DNA from: an uncultured delta proteobacterium
Lineage (GTDB): Bacteria > Myxococcota_A > Polyangia > Polyangiales > Polyangiaceae
NCBI GenBank assembly: GCA_963806225.1
Contig: CAWDXG010000004.1
Span: 4,928,001 to 4,992,000, forward strand
Direction: 5' to 3'
Length of the DNA: 64,000 nucleotides
In this document: positions 19,890 to 32,037 of the stretch, piece after piece
How the letters are laid out: each line of letters begins with the position of its first letter
Position numbering within the stretch: the first letter of the stretch is position 1
Notes under the pieces: generated by a model
Databases searched by the model: none
The model's input: only the letters and a program-made list of their open reading frames with translations
Told to the model about the DNA's origin: nothing
Position numbers and translations under genes: made by a program

Positions 19890-20570
19890 CTAACGGCTAG
19901 GCTCGAGGCGGCGGATGCCGTGCGCGCCGGCCACGAGCACCAGGTCGGCGCGCTGGATGAACAGTCCCGTTTCGACCACGCCCGGCACGCGGCGGAGCTC
20001 CGCGTCGAGCGCGGCGGGGTCGTCGATCTCGCCCGCGCGTACGTCGTAGATGTAGTTGCCCGCGTCGGTCATCCACGGCTTGCCGCCTCTGAGGCGCAGG
20101 CCCGTTTCGCCGAACCGACCGAGCGCGCGGACGGTCGCCTTGTGCGCGAAGGCCAGCACCTCGACGGGGACCGGCCAGCGACGACCGAGCTTCTCGCTGA
20201 GCTTCGTGTCGTCGACGATAATGATGTTCTTCTGCGACGCGAAGTTGACGATCTTCTCGCGCGTGTGCGCGCCGCCGCCGCCCTTGATGAGGTCGAGCGA
20301 CGCGCTCACCTCGTCGGCACCGTCGACCGAGAGCGCGATGTCCCACGGACCCTCGTCGTCGAGGAGCTCGATGCCGAGCGATAGCGCCTGGGCGCGGCTG
20401 CCGTCACTGGTGGGCACGCCGCGCAGCTTGCGGCCGTCTTTCACGAGGCGGCCCACGCCGTCGATGAAGAGCTTCGCCGTCGAGCCCGAGCCGAGCCCGA
20501 TCACGCCTTCTTCCGGCAACAGCTCGAGCGCGGCGTCGGCGGCTGCCTGCTTCGCTTCGTCCTGCGTCAT
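19890..20570 (-). CDS. rpiA: ribose-5-phosphate isomerase A
   Basis: IGLGSGST, DGADEV, IKGGGGAHTREK, PVEV, TDAGN and GVVETGLF. Confidence 0.96.
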   Translation of the reverse strand: MTQDEAKQAAADAALELLPEEGVIGLGSGSTAKLFIDGVGRLVKDGRKLRGVPTSDGSRAQALSLGIELLDDEGPWDIALSVDGADEVSASLDLIKGGGGAHTREKIVNFASQKNIIIVDDTKLSEKLGRRWPVPVEVLAFAHKATVRALGRFGETGLRLRGGKPWMTDAGNYIYDVRAGEIDDPAALDAELRRVPGVVETGLFIQRADLVLVAGAHGIRRLEPSR

Positions 20571-20643
20571 GGGCCGGACTATAGCCCGCCGCGCGCGGGG
20601 CTTTGGCGAACACATCCCGGCGCGCGCGCGCGGCGAGAGTGTG

Positions 20644-21058
20644 GGGCGACAATCGGGGGGACATAACCGGTTATGTCCGGAGAAATGTCGGCGCGCTGTG
20701 GGTCGGGGTCGTGGAGGGCGACAGCTGGGCGGGACATACCCGGTTATGTCCGGAGAAATGTCGGCGCGCTGTGGGTCGGGGTCGCGGAGGGCGACAGATG
20801 GGGCGACATAACCGGTTATGTCCGGTGAAATGTCGGCGCGCTGTGGGTCGGGGTCGCGGAGGGCGACAGATGGGGCGACATACCCGGTTATGTCCGGAGA
20901 AATGTCGGCGCGCTGTGGGTCGGGGTCGCGGAGGGCGACAGATGGGCGCGACATACCCGGTTATGTCCGGAGAAATGTCGGCGCGCTGTGGGTCGGGGTC
21001 GCGGAGGGCGACAGATGGGGCGACATAACCGGTTATGTCCGGTGAAATGTCGGCGCGC
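20644..21058. repeat. tandem array B: 6 units of the same 72-bp palindromic repeat family
   Basis: Units GGGCGACAGATGGGGCGACATA(A/C)CCGGTTATGTCCGG(A/T)GAAATGTCGGCGCGCTGTGGGTCGGGGTCGCGGA, between the mutM stop and the rpiA start. Confidence 0.95.
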
Positions 21059-21087
21059 GGGCTCCGCGGACGCGCCTTCGTGGCGCG

Positions 21088-21963
21088 CTACCGCTGACAG
21101 TGAGGACAATAGTGCGCCGAGCGCTGTCCGATGACGATCCGGCGGATGGGCGCGCCGCAGACACTGCAGGGTTCGCCTTCGCGGGCGTAGACGCGGCGCT
21201 CGTCCTGGTAGGCGCCGTCGCTGCCGTCGGGTTGCACGTAGTCGCTGATGCTGGAGCCGCCCGTCTCGATGCTGCGGAGCAACACGCGCTGCAGCGCTGC
21301 CATGATGGCGTCGGCTTCGCGGCGGGTGACGCGCGCCGAGCGGCGCGTGGGGCGCACTCCCGCAAGGAACAGCGCTTCGTCGGCGTAGATGTTGCCGACG
21401 CCGGCGAGCACGGATTGATCGAGCAGCAGCGACTTGATCGGGATGCGGCGGCGGCGCGCGGCGGAAAAGAGCAGCGCGCCGTCGGCGGCGAGGGCGTCGG
21501 TGCCGAGCTTGTCGAGCCGCGGGTCGCTCTCTCCGGCGGGAAGCAGCGCGAGCTTGCCGAATTTCCGGACGTCGCGAAAGAGCACGTCGGGGCCGCCGTC
21601 GTCGAAGGCAAGGGCGAAGTGCGTGTGCTCGTCGGGCTTGAATGCTCGCTGCGCCTCGGGCGCGAGCGCGGCGCGGCCCGTCCTCTGGAGCAGCCGCACG
21701 CTCGTCGCTTCCGCACTGAAGAGCTGCCCCGTCATGCCGAGATGGATCAAGAGGCGGCGGTCGTCGTCGAGCAAGGCGAGCAGGTACTTGCCGAGGCGGT
21801 CGAGCGCTGTGATGCGCCGTCCGCGCAGCGTGCTGCAGAGCTTCGCGGGCGGCGTGAGGAAGAAGTAGCTGTCCGCCGTGGTGCGCACACGGCGGATGGT
21901 GCGTCCGACGAGCAGCGGCTCGATGCGACGCCGCGTGACCTCGACCTCGGGCAGCTCCGGCAC
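21088..21963 (-). CDS. mutM: formamidopyrimidine-DNA glycosylase
   Basis: N-terminal PELPEVE, RLGKYL, HLGMTG, DVRKFG, GVGNIYADE and C-terminal zinc finger CSVC..CPHCQ. Confidence 0.97.
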   Translation of the reverse strand: MPELPEVEVTRRRIEPLLVGRTIRRVRTTADSYFFLTPPAKLCSTLRGRRITALDRLGKYLLALLDDDRRLLIHLGMTGQLFSAEATSVRLLQRTGRAALAPEAQRAFKPDEHTHFALAFDDGGPDVLFRDVRKFGKLALLPAGESDPRLDKLGTDALAADGALLFSAARRRRIPIKSLLLDQSVLAGVGNIYADEALFLAGVRPTRRSARVTRREADAIMAALQRVLLRSIETGGSSISDYVQPDGSDGAYQDERRVYAREGEPCSVCGAPIRRIVIGQRSAHYCPHCQR

Positions 21964-21991
21964 GCCGCAAGCCTAGCGCAGCCCGGAACCG

Positions 21992-22297
21992 CTAGCCCCG
22001 CGTCCAACCGCAGCCTGCGCAGCGGCTCTGGTTCGCCCCGACGATCATGTTGCATTTCGGGCATTCGACCGCGGGCAGGCCTTGCGCCGGCGGGGCGATC
22101 TCGGCCAGGTAGACCGGGTCGGGCTCGACGAACCATTCGATGCGGCCGCAGCGCCGACAGACGTAGACGTCGGCCGACTTGTTGAACGCGTCAAGCGAAA
22201 ACAGCGTTGCCAGCGCGGTGTTGAGCTGGGCTCGCCGATGAGTGAATGCGTCGCCTCCGCAATGGGGGCACCGCATGTCTCTGTTTTCGGCTGGCAT
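21992..22297 (-). CDS. small double zinc-ribbon protein
   Basis: CPHC..CRRC and CPKC..CAGC in about 100 aa. Confidence 0.6.
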   Translation of the reverse strand: MPAENRDMRCPHCGGDAFTHRRAQLNTALATLFSLDAFNKSADVYVCRRCGRIEWFVEPDPVYLAEIAPPAQGLPAVECPKCNMIVGANQSRCAGCGWTRG

Positions 22298-22322
22298 CGT
22301 TTCAAGGAGCGTCGCACAGACG

Positions 22323-23553
22323 CTAGCGCCGTGCGGTCTCGTTGTCCTTGCGCACCAGATAGAAGAAATCGCGGCGCGAGCGCTGGCGGATATATTCGTC
22401 CTTGCTGAACTCGAAGCCCTCGGCGAGCGGATCGGCTTCGAGCTTGCCGTCATCCCCGGGGCGGTACAGCACGAACTTCGGGTACGACCAGTTCACGTCG
22501 AGCTGCGCCACGCTGCTGGCGCCCGCGAAATGCATGCCTTCCGCGATAGCGCGGCGCGGAAGTGTGATTCGAGATGCCGACGTAGAGGATCTTCCCCGTC
22601 CTGTCGATGCCGATGGCGGAGCGGCGGATCACGGTGTCGCCGTCGAGCGTCGCGCCCCAGGCTGTCGCGTCCTCGTTCCTGAGGCCGACGTGCATCTTGT
22701 CGTGGTCGTACATGCAGCCCGGCGTCTGGCGGTACCACTGCATGTCGTCGGCGCTGTCGGCGAGAGCCTTCCAGGCGCCGATCTTGAGCGTGTCGTCCTT
22801 GAAGTCGGCGACGACGCAGGCGCGCTTGCGCGGGCTGAGCAGCGTGACGCCGTCGACCTTCATGCCGTAGTGGCCGTGCTCCGTCTTGAAGCCGCCGTTG
22901 AACGCCGCCAGGAGCTCGGGCAGGTCCTTCTTCGCGATCAGCGCGGGCCGCTGGTACTTGCGGCCGTCTTCGGTGTTGGCCATCGGCTCGCGGCTGCCCG
23001 CCATCAGCTTGAGCTCCGTGCGCCTGAGGTCGATCGCGACCACGAACAGCTCCGCCCAGGAGCGGTTCTTGTCGGGGTGGATGAGCGTCTTGAACAGGTG
23101 CGGGTCGTCGTCCGGATGGCGCGGATCGTCGATCGCGACCCACACGCCGTCGCCAGGCGCCGACCAGTTCTTGTGCATCGGACCCACGTCCTTTGGCTGG
23201 AACGGGGGCAGCGGCGGCGGACCCTTGTCGGCGACCTTCTTCGGGCGGTGGCGCGGCTGGGCGTGGGCCGTCGGCACCTGCCAGTAGGCCTTGGGCTTGT
23301 CGTTCTTCTTCCAGATCTGGTTCCAGTCGTCCTCGACGCCGTACGCGAAATCCTCCAGCCGGGCGACCGCCCGGGTGCCCACGACCGCGCGCAGCGAGTC
23401 GGCCATCAGCGGCCCCATCCATTCCACCTTGTTGGCGGCGATGAACAGCGCCAGCGCCAGCGCGGGCAGTCCGATGCCCAGCCCCAGCAGCACCTGCTTG
23501 AGGCGGCTCCTGCGGCGGGGAGGGGACTTGGGGGCCTTGTGCTTCTTCCCCAT
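22323..23553 (-). CDS. phosphodiester glycosidase (NAGPA/DUF2233)-like protein (frameshift near 22555)
   Basis: N-terminal TM anchor; AFNGGF, RRSAIG and QLDVN motifs resemble this family; C-terminus lies in ORF 22323..22535. Confidence 0.6.
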
Positions 23554-23646
23554 GGGCGGCCGAATCCTAGATCAGCGGCCCGGCCAGCGCCCGTTTCTTG
23601 CGGCTTTCGCCTATCCGGCGGCCGGTCCGGTGTAGGAAGGGGGTCG

Positions 23647-26600
23647 ATGTGCTGCGCACCCCGCCGCTGTCTGGCCCTCGTCGTGGGCCTCGTAGCGGTG
23701 CTGTTGCTCCCGGCCGCGGCACTGGCCCAGCAGCCGGGCGAAGAGCAGGTCAAGGGCGCGGCGGCCGGCGCCATCCCGAAGCTCTCGCCGCCGCCCGAGC
23801 TCGGCGCTCTGGCCGGCAAGCGCATCGTGCGCATCGAGGTGGCCACGGCCGGCGGGCGTTGGGTGCGGAAGGTGCAGCTCGAGCGTGTGCGGGTGGGCGA
23901 GCCGCTGAGCTATCGAGCTGGCCCGCCGTGCCATGCGCGAGCTGACCGACACCGGGCGCTACGCCACTGCGCGCGCCGAGGCGCTGCCCGAAGGTGACGG
24001 CGTGCTCCTCCGCGTCGTGGTGCTGCCGCGACGCATCATCGAGAGCGTCAAGCTGCTGGGCGGCGTGCTCGACGAGGACGAGACGCTGCGCGCGGCCGAG
24101 CGTGCACGACGGAGGCGAGCTCACCGCGCCAGAGCTGCCGGAGATCGCGCAGCGCATCCAGGCGCTACTATGCGCACCATGGATTCCCCACGGCAAAGGC
24201 GGATATCGACGTCATCGACACGGACGATCCGATGCAGGTGGTGCTGCTCATCACGCTGCACCCGGGGCCGCCCGCACGCCTGGCCGGCGTGAGCTTCGCG
24301 CTGTCGCCGCAGGGTGCTCCGGGCATCGATGCGGTGCTGTCGAGCTACAGCGTCCACGCGGGCGACCGCATTGACGACGAGCGGCTGGATCGCGGCCGAC
24401 CGCGCGCTGGAGAAGGAGCTCCGCACGCGGCGCTGGTTCCGCGCGCACAGTGGAGCACCGGATGCTGGCGACGAAGACCGGCGGGAGCTGGCTCCAGGTC
24501 GTCGTGCGCGCGGGCCCGCTGATGCAGCTGCGCTTCGAAGGCAATCGCCACTTCGACGCCTCCGAGCTGGAGGCCGCGCTCGAGCTCGATAAAACCGAGG
24601 ACCGCGTCGCCGGCGACGCTCGCCCAGCGCATCAAGGACTACTACGTCAAGCGTAGCTTCCTCGACGTGGAGGTCGAAGCCCACGAGCGCGGACGAGCCC
24701 GGCGCCGCTATCCACGATCTAGTGTTCGTCGTGCGCGAGCACCTGCCCGTGCTGGTGGCCCGCCGCGAGTACCCGTGCCTGACCGGCGAGCGCTCGCCCC
24801 GGAACAGGTCGGCAGCGAGATCGACAGCTTCCTGTCCGAGGAGCTGCCGGGCGCCGACATCCTCGGCTCGGTCAATCCGCGCGTGGTCGACGAGGTCTTC
24901 GGCCCGCACCACCCGACCGGCGCGCGCGTGGTGCCGTTCCAGCTCAATCCCTGGAAGACCTACGTGCCCGAGGTCTACGACCGCGCCATCAAGCACCTGC
25001 AGGATCTCTACCGCTCCGAGGGCTACCTGTCGGCGATGGTGGGACCCGCGCAGCTGCTCCGGCGCCGCTGCAGCCTGCGCTCGCCGCCCGGGCGCTGCAT
25101 TCCCGTGGGACCGCGCATCCGTCCGAAGACGACCTGCCAGTACGACGAGAACGGCCTGCCGCTGCCCGAGCCGCCGCCCGATCCGGCGCTCGCCTGCGTG
25201 CCGAATCCGGAGAAGGGCATCAGCTGCGAGCCCGACGTCGTGCTGCACATCCCGATCAAGCTCGGGCCGCGCACGCGCCTCTACGACATCGCCTTCGAGG
25301 GCAACAAGGCGCTGTACGAGAAGGAGCTCGAGGACGTGGCGGACCTCGATGCTCGGCGATCCGGTCTCGCAGGGCGAGCTGGAGAAGGCGCGCCGGCGCG
25401 TGCTCGATGCCTACGCCGAACAGGGCTACGCCTTCGCCGAGGTCGAGACGGCGCTCGACTTCTCGCCCGATCGCACCCGCGCCCGCGTGCGCTTCATCAT
25501 CAGCGAGCGCGAACAGGTGCGCGTCAAGGGCATCATCATCCGCGGCGCGCAGCGCACCAGCGAGAGCCTGATCCGCGGCCGCGTGGCGCTCGAGGTGGGG
25601 CAGCCCTACCGGCGCAGCGACGTGCGCAAGACCGAGGAGCGGCTGGCCACGCTGGGCGTGTTCTCGAGCGTCACGGTCGGCTTCGAGGATCCGTACGTTC
25701 CGGCGAAGGAGAAGGTCGTCATCATCACCGTGCAGGAACGCCTGCCGCAGTACCTGGACGTGCGCCCCGGCTTCAGCACGGGCGAGGGCATGCGCATCAC
25801 GTTCGAGTACGGCCACCGCAACCTGGGCGGCGAGGCGATCCAGCTGACGCTGCGCGTGCAGCTCGGCTACCTGCCGAACGCGTTCATCCTCGAGAAGCGA
25901 CGTGCGGCGGAAGTACGAGGAGCTCGACGTGGGCCAGCGGCTCGAACGCCGCAACACCGCCACCGTGGAGTTCCCGGAGATCGGGCTCGGCCCGCTGTTC
26001 CCGCTCAGCGTCGAGGGCGTCGACGTGCGCGACAACTCGCGCGACTACGGGCTGACCAAGGACGCCGGCATCCTGACGCTGATCTACCGCCCGAACCGGA
26101 AGTTCTCGGCGCAGATCGGCGGCTCGCTGGAGCTCAACACCGCCGAGATCTTCGGCAACGAGCAGAAGGACGCGCTGAGGACCTACGTCCAGAACAACCA
26201 GAACCTGCGCAACGCCTTCCGCGTGCCGCAGGGCACCACGTTGGCCGTCGCGCAGCGCATCGGACTTCACCTGGGACCGTCGCGACAATCCGTTCGATGC
26301 GACGCGCGGCACGCTGCTCTCGGCCAGCGTGGAGCACGTGCGCGCCAACCCGGTGGGCAAGACGGCCGAGAACGCGGGCGGATCCAGCGACGTCTTCACC
26401 GCCACGACCAGCGACTTCCTGCGCTTCACCAACCGGTTCGCCGGCTACGTGCGCCTGTCGAAGAAGGGGCTGGCGATCGCGGCGAGCTTCCGCTGGGGAT
26501 ACAACCACCAGCTGCTCACGCCCTGCCGCGACCCGAATGCGACCATCGCGCTCGGCAAGTGCTCGCAGACCTATCCGGACCGCCTCTTCTTCCTGGGCGG

Positions 26601-27018
26601 CGTCGACAGCATCCGCGGCTTTCTGCAGGACTCGCTGGTGCCGGAGGACGTGGCGCAGGAGCTGCTCCACCCGCAGAACCCCGCTGCGCCGCTCACCCTG
26701 AACGAGGTCGTGATCCGCGGCGGCGACTTCTTCGTCAATCCGCGCCTCGAGCTGCGCATCCCGATCACCGGCAACGTGCAGACCGCGCTCTTCCTCGACA
26801 CCGGCAACCTGTGGAACGACCCGAAGAAGGTGCTCGAGTACTTGCGCCTGCGCTACGCCGTCGGCACCGGCCTGCGCATCGGCACGCCCATCGGCCCGCT
26901 CGCCTTCGACTACGGCTTCAACATCGACCGCGTCCTCGACCAGATCGACCCGGCCCGCAAGAACCAGCGGTACTGGGAGGATCTGGGGGCATTCCACTTC
27001 AGCATCGGGCTGTTCTGA
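23647..27018 (+). CDS. BamA/TamA (Omp85) family outer-membrane protein with POTRA domains (multiple frameshifts)
   Basis: POTRA-like segments (FEGN, YAEQGYAFAEV, ERLATLGVFSSV, ITVQE); barrel DRRDNPFDATRG, FFLGGVDSIRGF, GLRIGTPIGPLAFDYG and terminal FHFSIGLF. Confidence 0.88.
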
Positions 27019-27042
27019 CGGCCCGCGGCGCCTGCGCCCCGG

Positions 27043-27963
27043 CTACGGGTATTTCTGGTTCGTTGCGCCGGGAGTCGGGAGGTTGAGCGCGAAGTTGCCG
27101 GTGCCGTCGGGGAGGCGGCCCCAGGTCTGGCCGTCGACGGTGTTGGACGGATAGTCGACGAACGTCGCGTACGTGTTGTGGCTGTCGAGCAGGTAGACGC
27201 GCTCGCCGCTTCCGGAGACGGCGAAGGTCGCGTAGTAGCAGGACGAGGTGTAGCCGAGGCAGCTTGTCTTGGGTCCGCCGTTGGAGGACTGCTGCGCGAG
27301 GACGAGCAGGTACTTGCCGGGCGCGAGCGTGGTTCCCTTGGGGAAGTAGAGCGCGGTCGAGTAGTTGGGCGCGCCGTTTACGCCCTGCGCGTCGGTGACG
27401 CCCCAGCCGCCGAGGTCGGCGCTCGCCGAGCCGGCGTTCTTCAGCTCGACGAAGTCGGTGCCGCCGAGCGCGCGGATCTCGTTGATGACCACGAGTGGGC
27501 CGCCGGCGTCGCTGCCGCCCGTGCCTCCAGTTCCGCCGGTCGCGCCGGTTCCGCCGGTTGCACCCGAGCCGCCCACGCCGCTGCCGCCCGTGCCTCCGGT
27601 TGCGCCGCTGCCGCCCGTGCCTCCGGTTGCGCCGCTCCCGCCGGTTCCGCTGCCGCCGGTCGCGCCGGTTCCGCCCAGGCCACCGGTTGCGCCAGTTCCG
27701 CCCAGGCCGCCGCTGCCGCCGCTGCCGCCGACCGCGCCTGTTCCCCCGGTTGCACCGATCCCACCTGTGCCGGCGCTCCCGCCCGCTGCGGCGCCGCCGC
27801 CTGTGCCGGCACTGCCGCCGCCGGCACCCGCTGCACCTCCGCTTGCCGAGGCGTCGGCTTCCGGTCCAAGGCCGTTGAAGTCGGCGCCGACGATCGATGC
27901 GCACGCCGCGGCGGACAGCGCGCCGACCAGCAGTGCGGCCCCGGCTCCGTACCGCCATCCCAT
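27043..27963 (-). CDS. lipoprotein with Gly/Thr-rich linker and lamin-tail (LTD) domain
   Basis: Lipobox AAAC, GTGG repeats, VVINEI..DFVELKN..ADLGGW, GRLPDG and PTPGATN. Confidence 0.8.
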   Translation of the reverse strand: MGWRYGAGAALLVGALSAAACASIVGADFNGLGPEADASASGGAAGAGGGSAGTGGGAAAGGSAGTGGIGATGGTGAVGGSGGSGGLGGTGATGGLGGTGATGGSGTGGSGATGGTGGSGATGGTGGSGVGGSGATGGTGATGGTGGTGGSDAGGPLVVINEIRALGGTDFVELKNAGSASADLGGWGVTDAQGVNGAPNYSTALYFPKGTTLAPGKYLLVLAQQSSNGGPKTSCLGYTSSCYYATFAVSGSGERVYLLDSHNTYATFVDYPSNTVDGQTWGRLPDGTGNFALNLPTPGATNQKYP

Positions 27964-28949
27964 CAGAATCGACCTCCGAGGTTCAGCGTCGCGCCTCCCG
28001 GCACGGTCCGGGCTTCGAGTGCGGTCCGCTCGTGGGGCTTGTGCGTCAGGATCAGCGTGACGCCGACACCCGTGCACACGGCGCCGGCGATGAACGACAC
28101 GGTGCTTGCGGTGGAGAGCGTCCTGCCGGCGCTTGCCGCGTCGAGCCCCTGCTGGTCGCAGCGCTTGTTGTTGCAGTGGCTGTTCACGACGTTCTTGCGT
28201 GACAGCACCATCGCGCCCAGGACCAGGCTGGTGGCGATGCCGGCGACGCCGACTCCTCCGATGACGTAGCCCGCCGTGCGCAGGCCGCTGCCGCTGTCGG
28301 TCCCGCGATCCTGCCGCGGAGGCGCGCTGCTCGTCGTCGGCGCGCTACCCGTCGGCCTGGTCGCGCCCGGTTGCGTCGCCGACGCCGGTCCCGGCTCGAT
28401 CACGAGCTCGCGCGTCTCGCCCTGGGCGAGCGACACCGTGTAACGCTTGTCGTCGTGTCCCGCCGCGTGCACCTCCACGACGTGCTCGCCGGGGTCGACC
28501 GGCAGGGACAGACCGTAGCTCGCGTGCCCGAGCTCGACCTGGTCGCGCAGCACGGTCACGTTGCTGGAGACGCCCGGCGCGAGGCGCAGGGTGAGGTGCG
28601 GCACGCGGTGCTCGAGCGCCGCGGCGCGTTTCCGCGCGACGGGGACGCGCGGGTCGCTCGGCGGCAGGATCTGCACGACCTCGCGGAAGCGCTGCCAGGC
28701 GCTCGCGAGCTTGCCGATCTTCTCGTTGCAGTTGCCCAGGTTGAATACCGTTCCGGGTTCCCGGTCCAGGCGGTTGCTCTCCCTGAAACGCGCGCAGGCC
28801 GTCGCGTAGTCGCCCTTGTCGGCCGCCTTGCGCCCCGCGCGAAACAGCGCTTCGGCCGTCGCGCTGTCGCGCGTCTGTCCGCGTGCAGTGGGTGCTGCAG
28901 CGAGCAGGCAGAGGACGCCGGCGGAGAAGAGGGCTCGTTTTTCGCGCAC
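27963..28949 (-). CDS. TPR plus PEGA-like domain protein
   Basis: AEALF..GDYATACARFRES..FNLGNC.E..G TPR, VDPGEHVVEV.A.G, two hydrophobic segments and terminal LGGRF. Confidence 0.75.
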   Translation of the reverse strand: MREKRALFSAGVLCLLAAAPTARGQTRDSATAEALFRAGRKAADKGDYATACARFRESNRLDREPGTVFNLGNCNEKIGKLASAWQRFREVVQILPPSDPRVPVARKRAAALEHRVPHLTLRLAPGVSSNVTVLRDQVELGHASYGLSLPVDPGEHVVEVHAAGHDDKRYTVSLAQGETRELVIEPGPASATQPGATRPTGSAPTTSSAPPRQDRGTDSGSGLRTAGYVIGGVGVAGIATSLVLGAMVLSRKNVVNSHCNNKRCDQQGLDAASAGRTLSTASTVSFIAGAVCTGVGVTLILTHKPHERTALEARTVPGGATLNLGGRF

Positions 28950-28950
28950 G

Positions 28951-30385
<1,435 letters not shown>

Positions 30386-30551
30386 CCTGGAGGGATGATA
30401 ACCCCGTCCGCCAACCCCCGTCGAGCGGAGCGCAGGTCCGCGATATCGTACGGAAGCGCGAGGTGGGATAACCGCCCACCTGTACAACGGCGCCGGCAAG
30501 CCGCGTTGCCTGCGGTCCTGATTCCGCGCGGGCCGGTCGGAGCGAGCGACT

Positions 30552-31547
30552 CTACGCCGTGCCGCGCTCGTCCGCTTCCCGCTCGAGCCGCTGCCACTCG
30601 GCGATCAGCTGCGTGCGGGAGCCGACGCCGAGCTTGCGCGCTGCCCGGGTCAAGAGCGTGCTCACGGTTCCCACGGCGAGCCCGAGCTCGTAGGCGATGA
30701 GCTTGTTGGAGCGGCCGCGCGCAGCGAGCGTGGCCACCTGTCGCTCGCGCTCCGACAATGGCCGTACGGGAGCCGTTCCGAGCTTGTTCTGTCTCGCGAT
30801 GAGGAAGTGGCGACCGTCGGATTCGAAGCGATCCACCAGCGACCACTGGCCCGCGACGAGCGCACGCCAGGCGCCGACCGCTTCGTCGGGATCCGTCGTG
30901 CGGCGCGCTTTCGCGCGGTCGATCGCACGGGCGGCCTGGCGCAGCGCGACTTGCGCGTCGCGATCGCGCGCGTCGCCGCTGGCGTCGTAGAGCTTTCCAC
31001 CGGGGTCGAGCACGGCTTCTGCCGTCTCTGGCGTGTCGCGCCGGCGCAGACGCAGGCCTGCGCCCAGATGCGCCGCGATGCGCATCCAGGTGCGATGGGT
31101 CGAGGCTGAGAGGGCGTGCTCCTCGGGGAACAGAACGCTGAGGCAGACACCGGCGCCCCGGGGATCGTACGCCACGATCCCCATCGAATCGCACGCTCCG
31201 CACAGAGCGAGATGCGGGGCGACGTACGGCTGCTCGTTCAGACGCAGGTCCCGGAACGAGCTCAAGCTCGAGGCCAGGTTGACGTTGAACCCGTGGACGA
31301 TGACGTCTGCGGGCGCCTCGGCGAGAATGCCACGGTGGCAGTCTACGATGGCTTCTGCATCGCCGCCGACGGCAACGAATTCCTTCCAGATGGGGCGCTT
31401 GTGCGGCAGCTCGAACGTGAAGGCGGCCAGCCCCAGCCCCTCGTCCAGAGCAGGTCGCGCGGCCTCGCAGATCGCGGCGACCCAGTCACGTTCCGACGAC
31501 TCCTCGTCGTACGCCGCCTCGATCACGTTGATGAAATCGCGCTTCAC
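30552..31547 (-). CDS. LuxR-family transcriptional regulator with N-terminal sensory domain
   Basis: C-terminal LSERERQVATLAARGRSNKLIAYELGLAVGTV. Confidence 0.85.
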   Translation of the reverse strand: MKRDFINVIEAAYDEESSERDWVAAICEAARPALDEGLGLAAFTFELPHKRPIWKEFVAVGGDAEAIVDCHRGILAEAPADVIVHGFNVNLASSLSSFRDLRLNEQPYVAPHLALCGACDSMGIVAYDPRGAGVCLSVLFPEEHALSASTHRTWMRIAAHLGAGLRLRRRDTPETAEAVLDPGGKLYDASGDARDRDAQVALRQAARAIDRAKARRTTDPDEAVGAWRALVAGQWSLVDRFESDGRHFLIARQNKLGTAPVRPLSERERQVATLAARGRSNKLIAYELGLAVGTVSTLLTRAARKLGVGSRTQLIAEWQRLEREADERGTA

Positions 31548-31572
31548 CAGAATCCGCTCCGGCTGGCTGTGC

Positions 31573-31917
31573 CTATTGCGCCTCGAGCTCGAGCGTTGCG
31601 AGCTTCAATGCCGCTTCTGCTCGCGACGACACTCCGAGCTTGCGGCAGGCGGCCGCCAGCTGGTTCTGGATCGTGAACACCGAGCGGCGTCGCGTTGCTG
31701 CGATCTCGGCGTTGGTGAGGCCGTCGACCGCCGCCCACAGGACCTCCGACTCCGCGCCGGATAGACCAGGGATCCTCGCGTGGGGGTGCGCCGGGTAGCT
31801 CAGGACGACGTACTCGCTGCTCCCTAGCTCCAGCGAGGAAGCCCTGAGCCCTGATGGCGGCTCACCCAGGGAGGCGAGCTTCCCGTTTCCTTTCGGCGGC
31901 TTGTGGGCGGGTCGCAT
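31573..31917 (-). CDS. small LuxR-type HTH protein
   Basis: LSGAESEVL..GLTNAEIA..R.RSVFTIQNQL..KLGVSSR. Confidence 0.75.
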   Translation of the reverse strand: MRPAHKPPKGNGKLASLGEPPSGLRASSLELGSSEYVVLSYPAHPHARIPGLSGAESEVLWAAVDGLTNAEIAATRRRSVFTIQNQLAAACRKLGVSSRAEAALKLATLELEAQ

Positions 31918-32037
31918 GGCTCTCCACATGATGCATCGGGGTGGTGTTGGGGGGGAGGAATTTCGCCGCGGCGCGCGAGCTGATGTCTTCAAAACCGCCA
32001 TACGCCTGCGACCACGTCCTACGATAGCGTCTTTCCC

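Noticed and set aside
20571..20954. Repeat-encoded N-terminal extension of RpiA
   Set aside because: RpiA homology starts at MTQDEAK (20570), which has its own TATAGT element; the upstream open frame is a by-product of array B
15541..21058. CRISPR (or other guide-RNA array) interpretation of the two palindromic arrays
   Set aside because: Units are near-identical end to end with no unique spacers, and no cas or other effector gene is in the window
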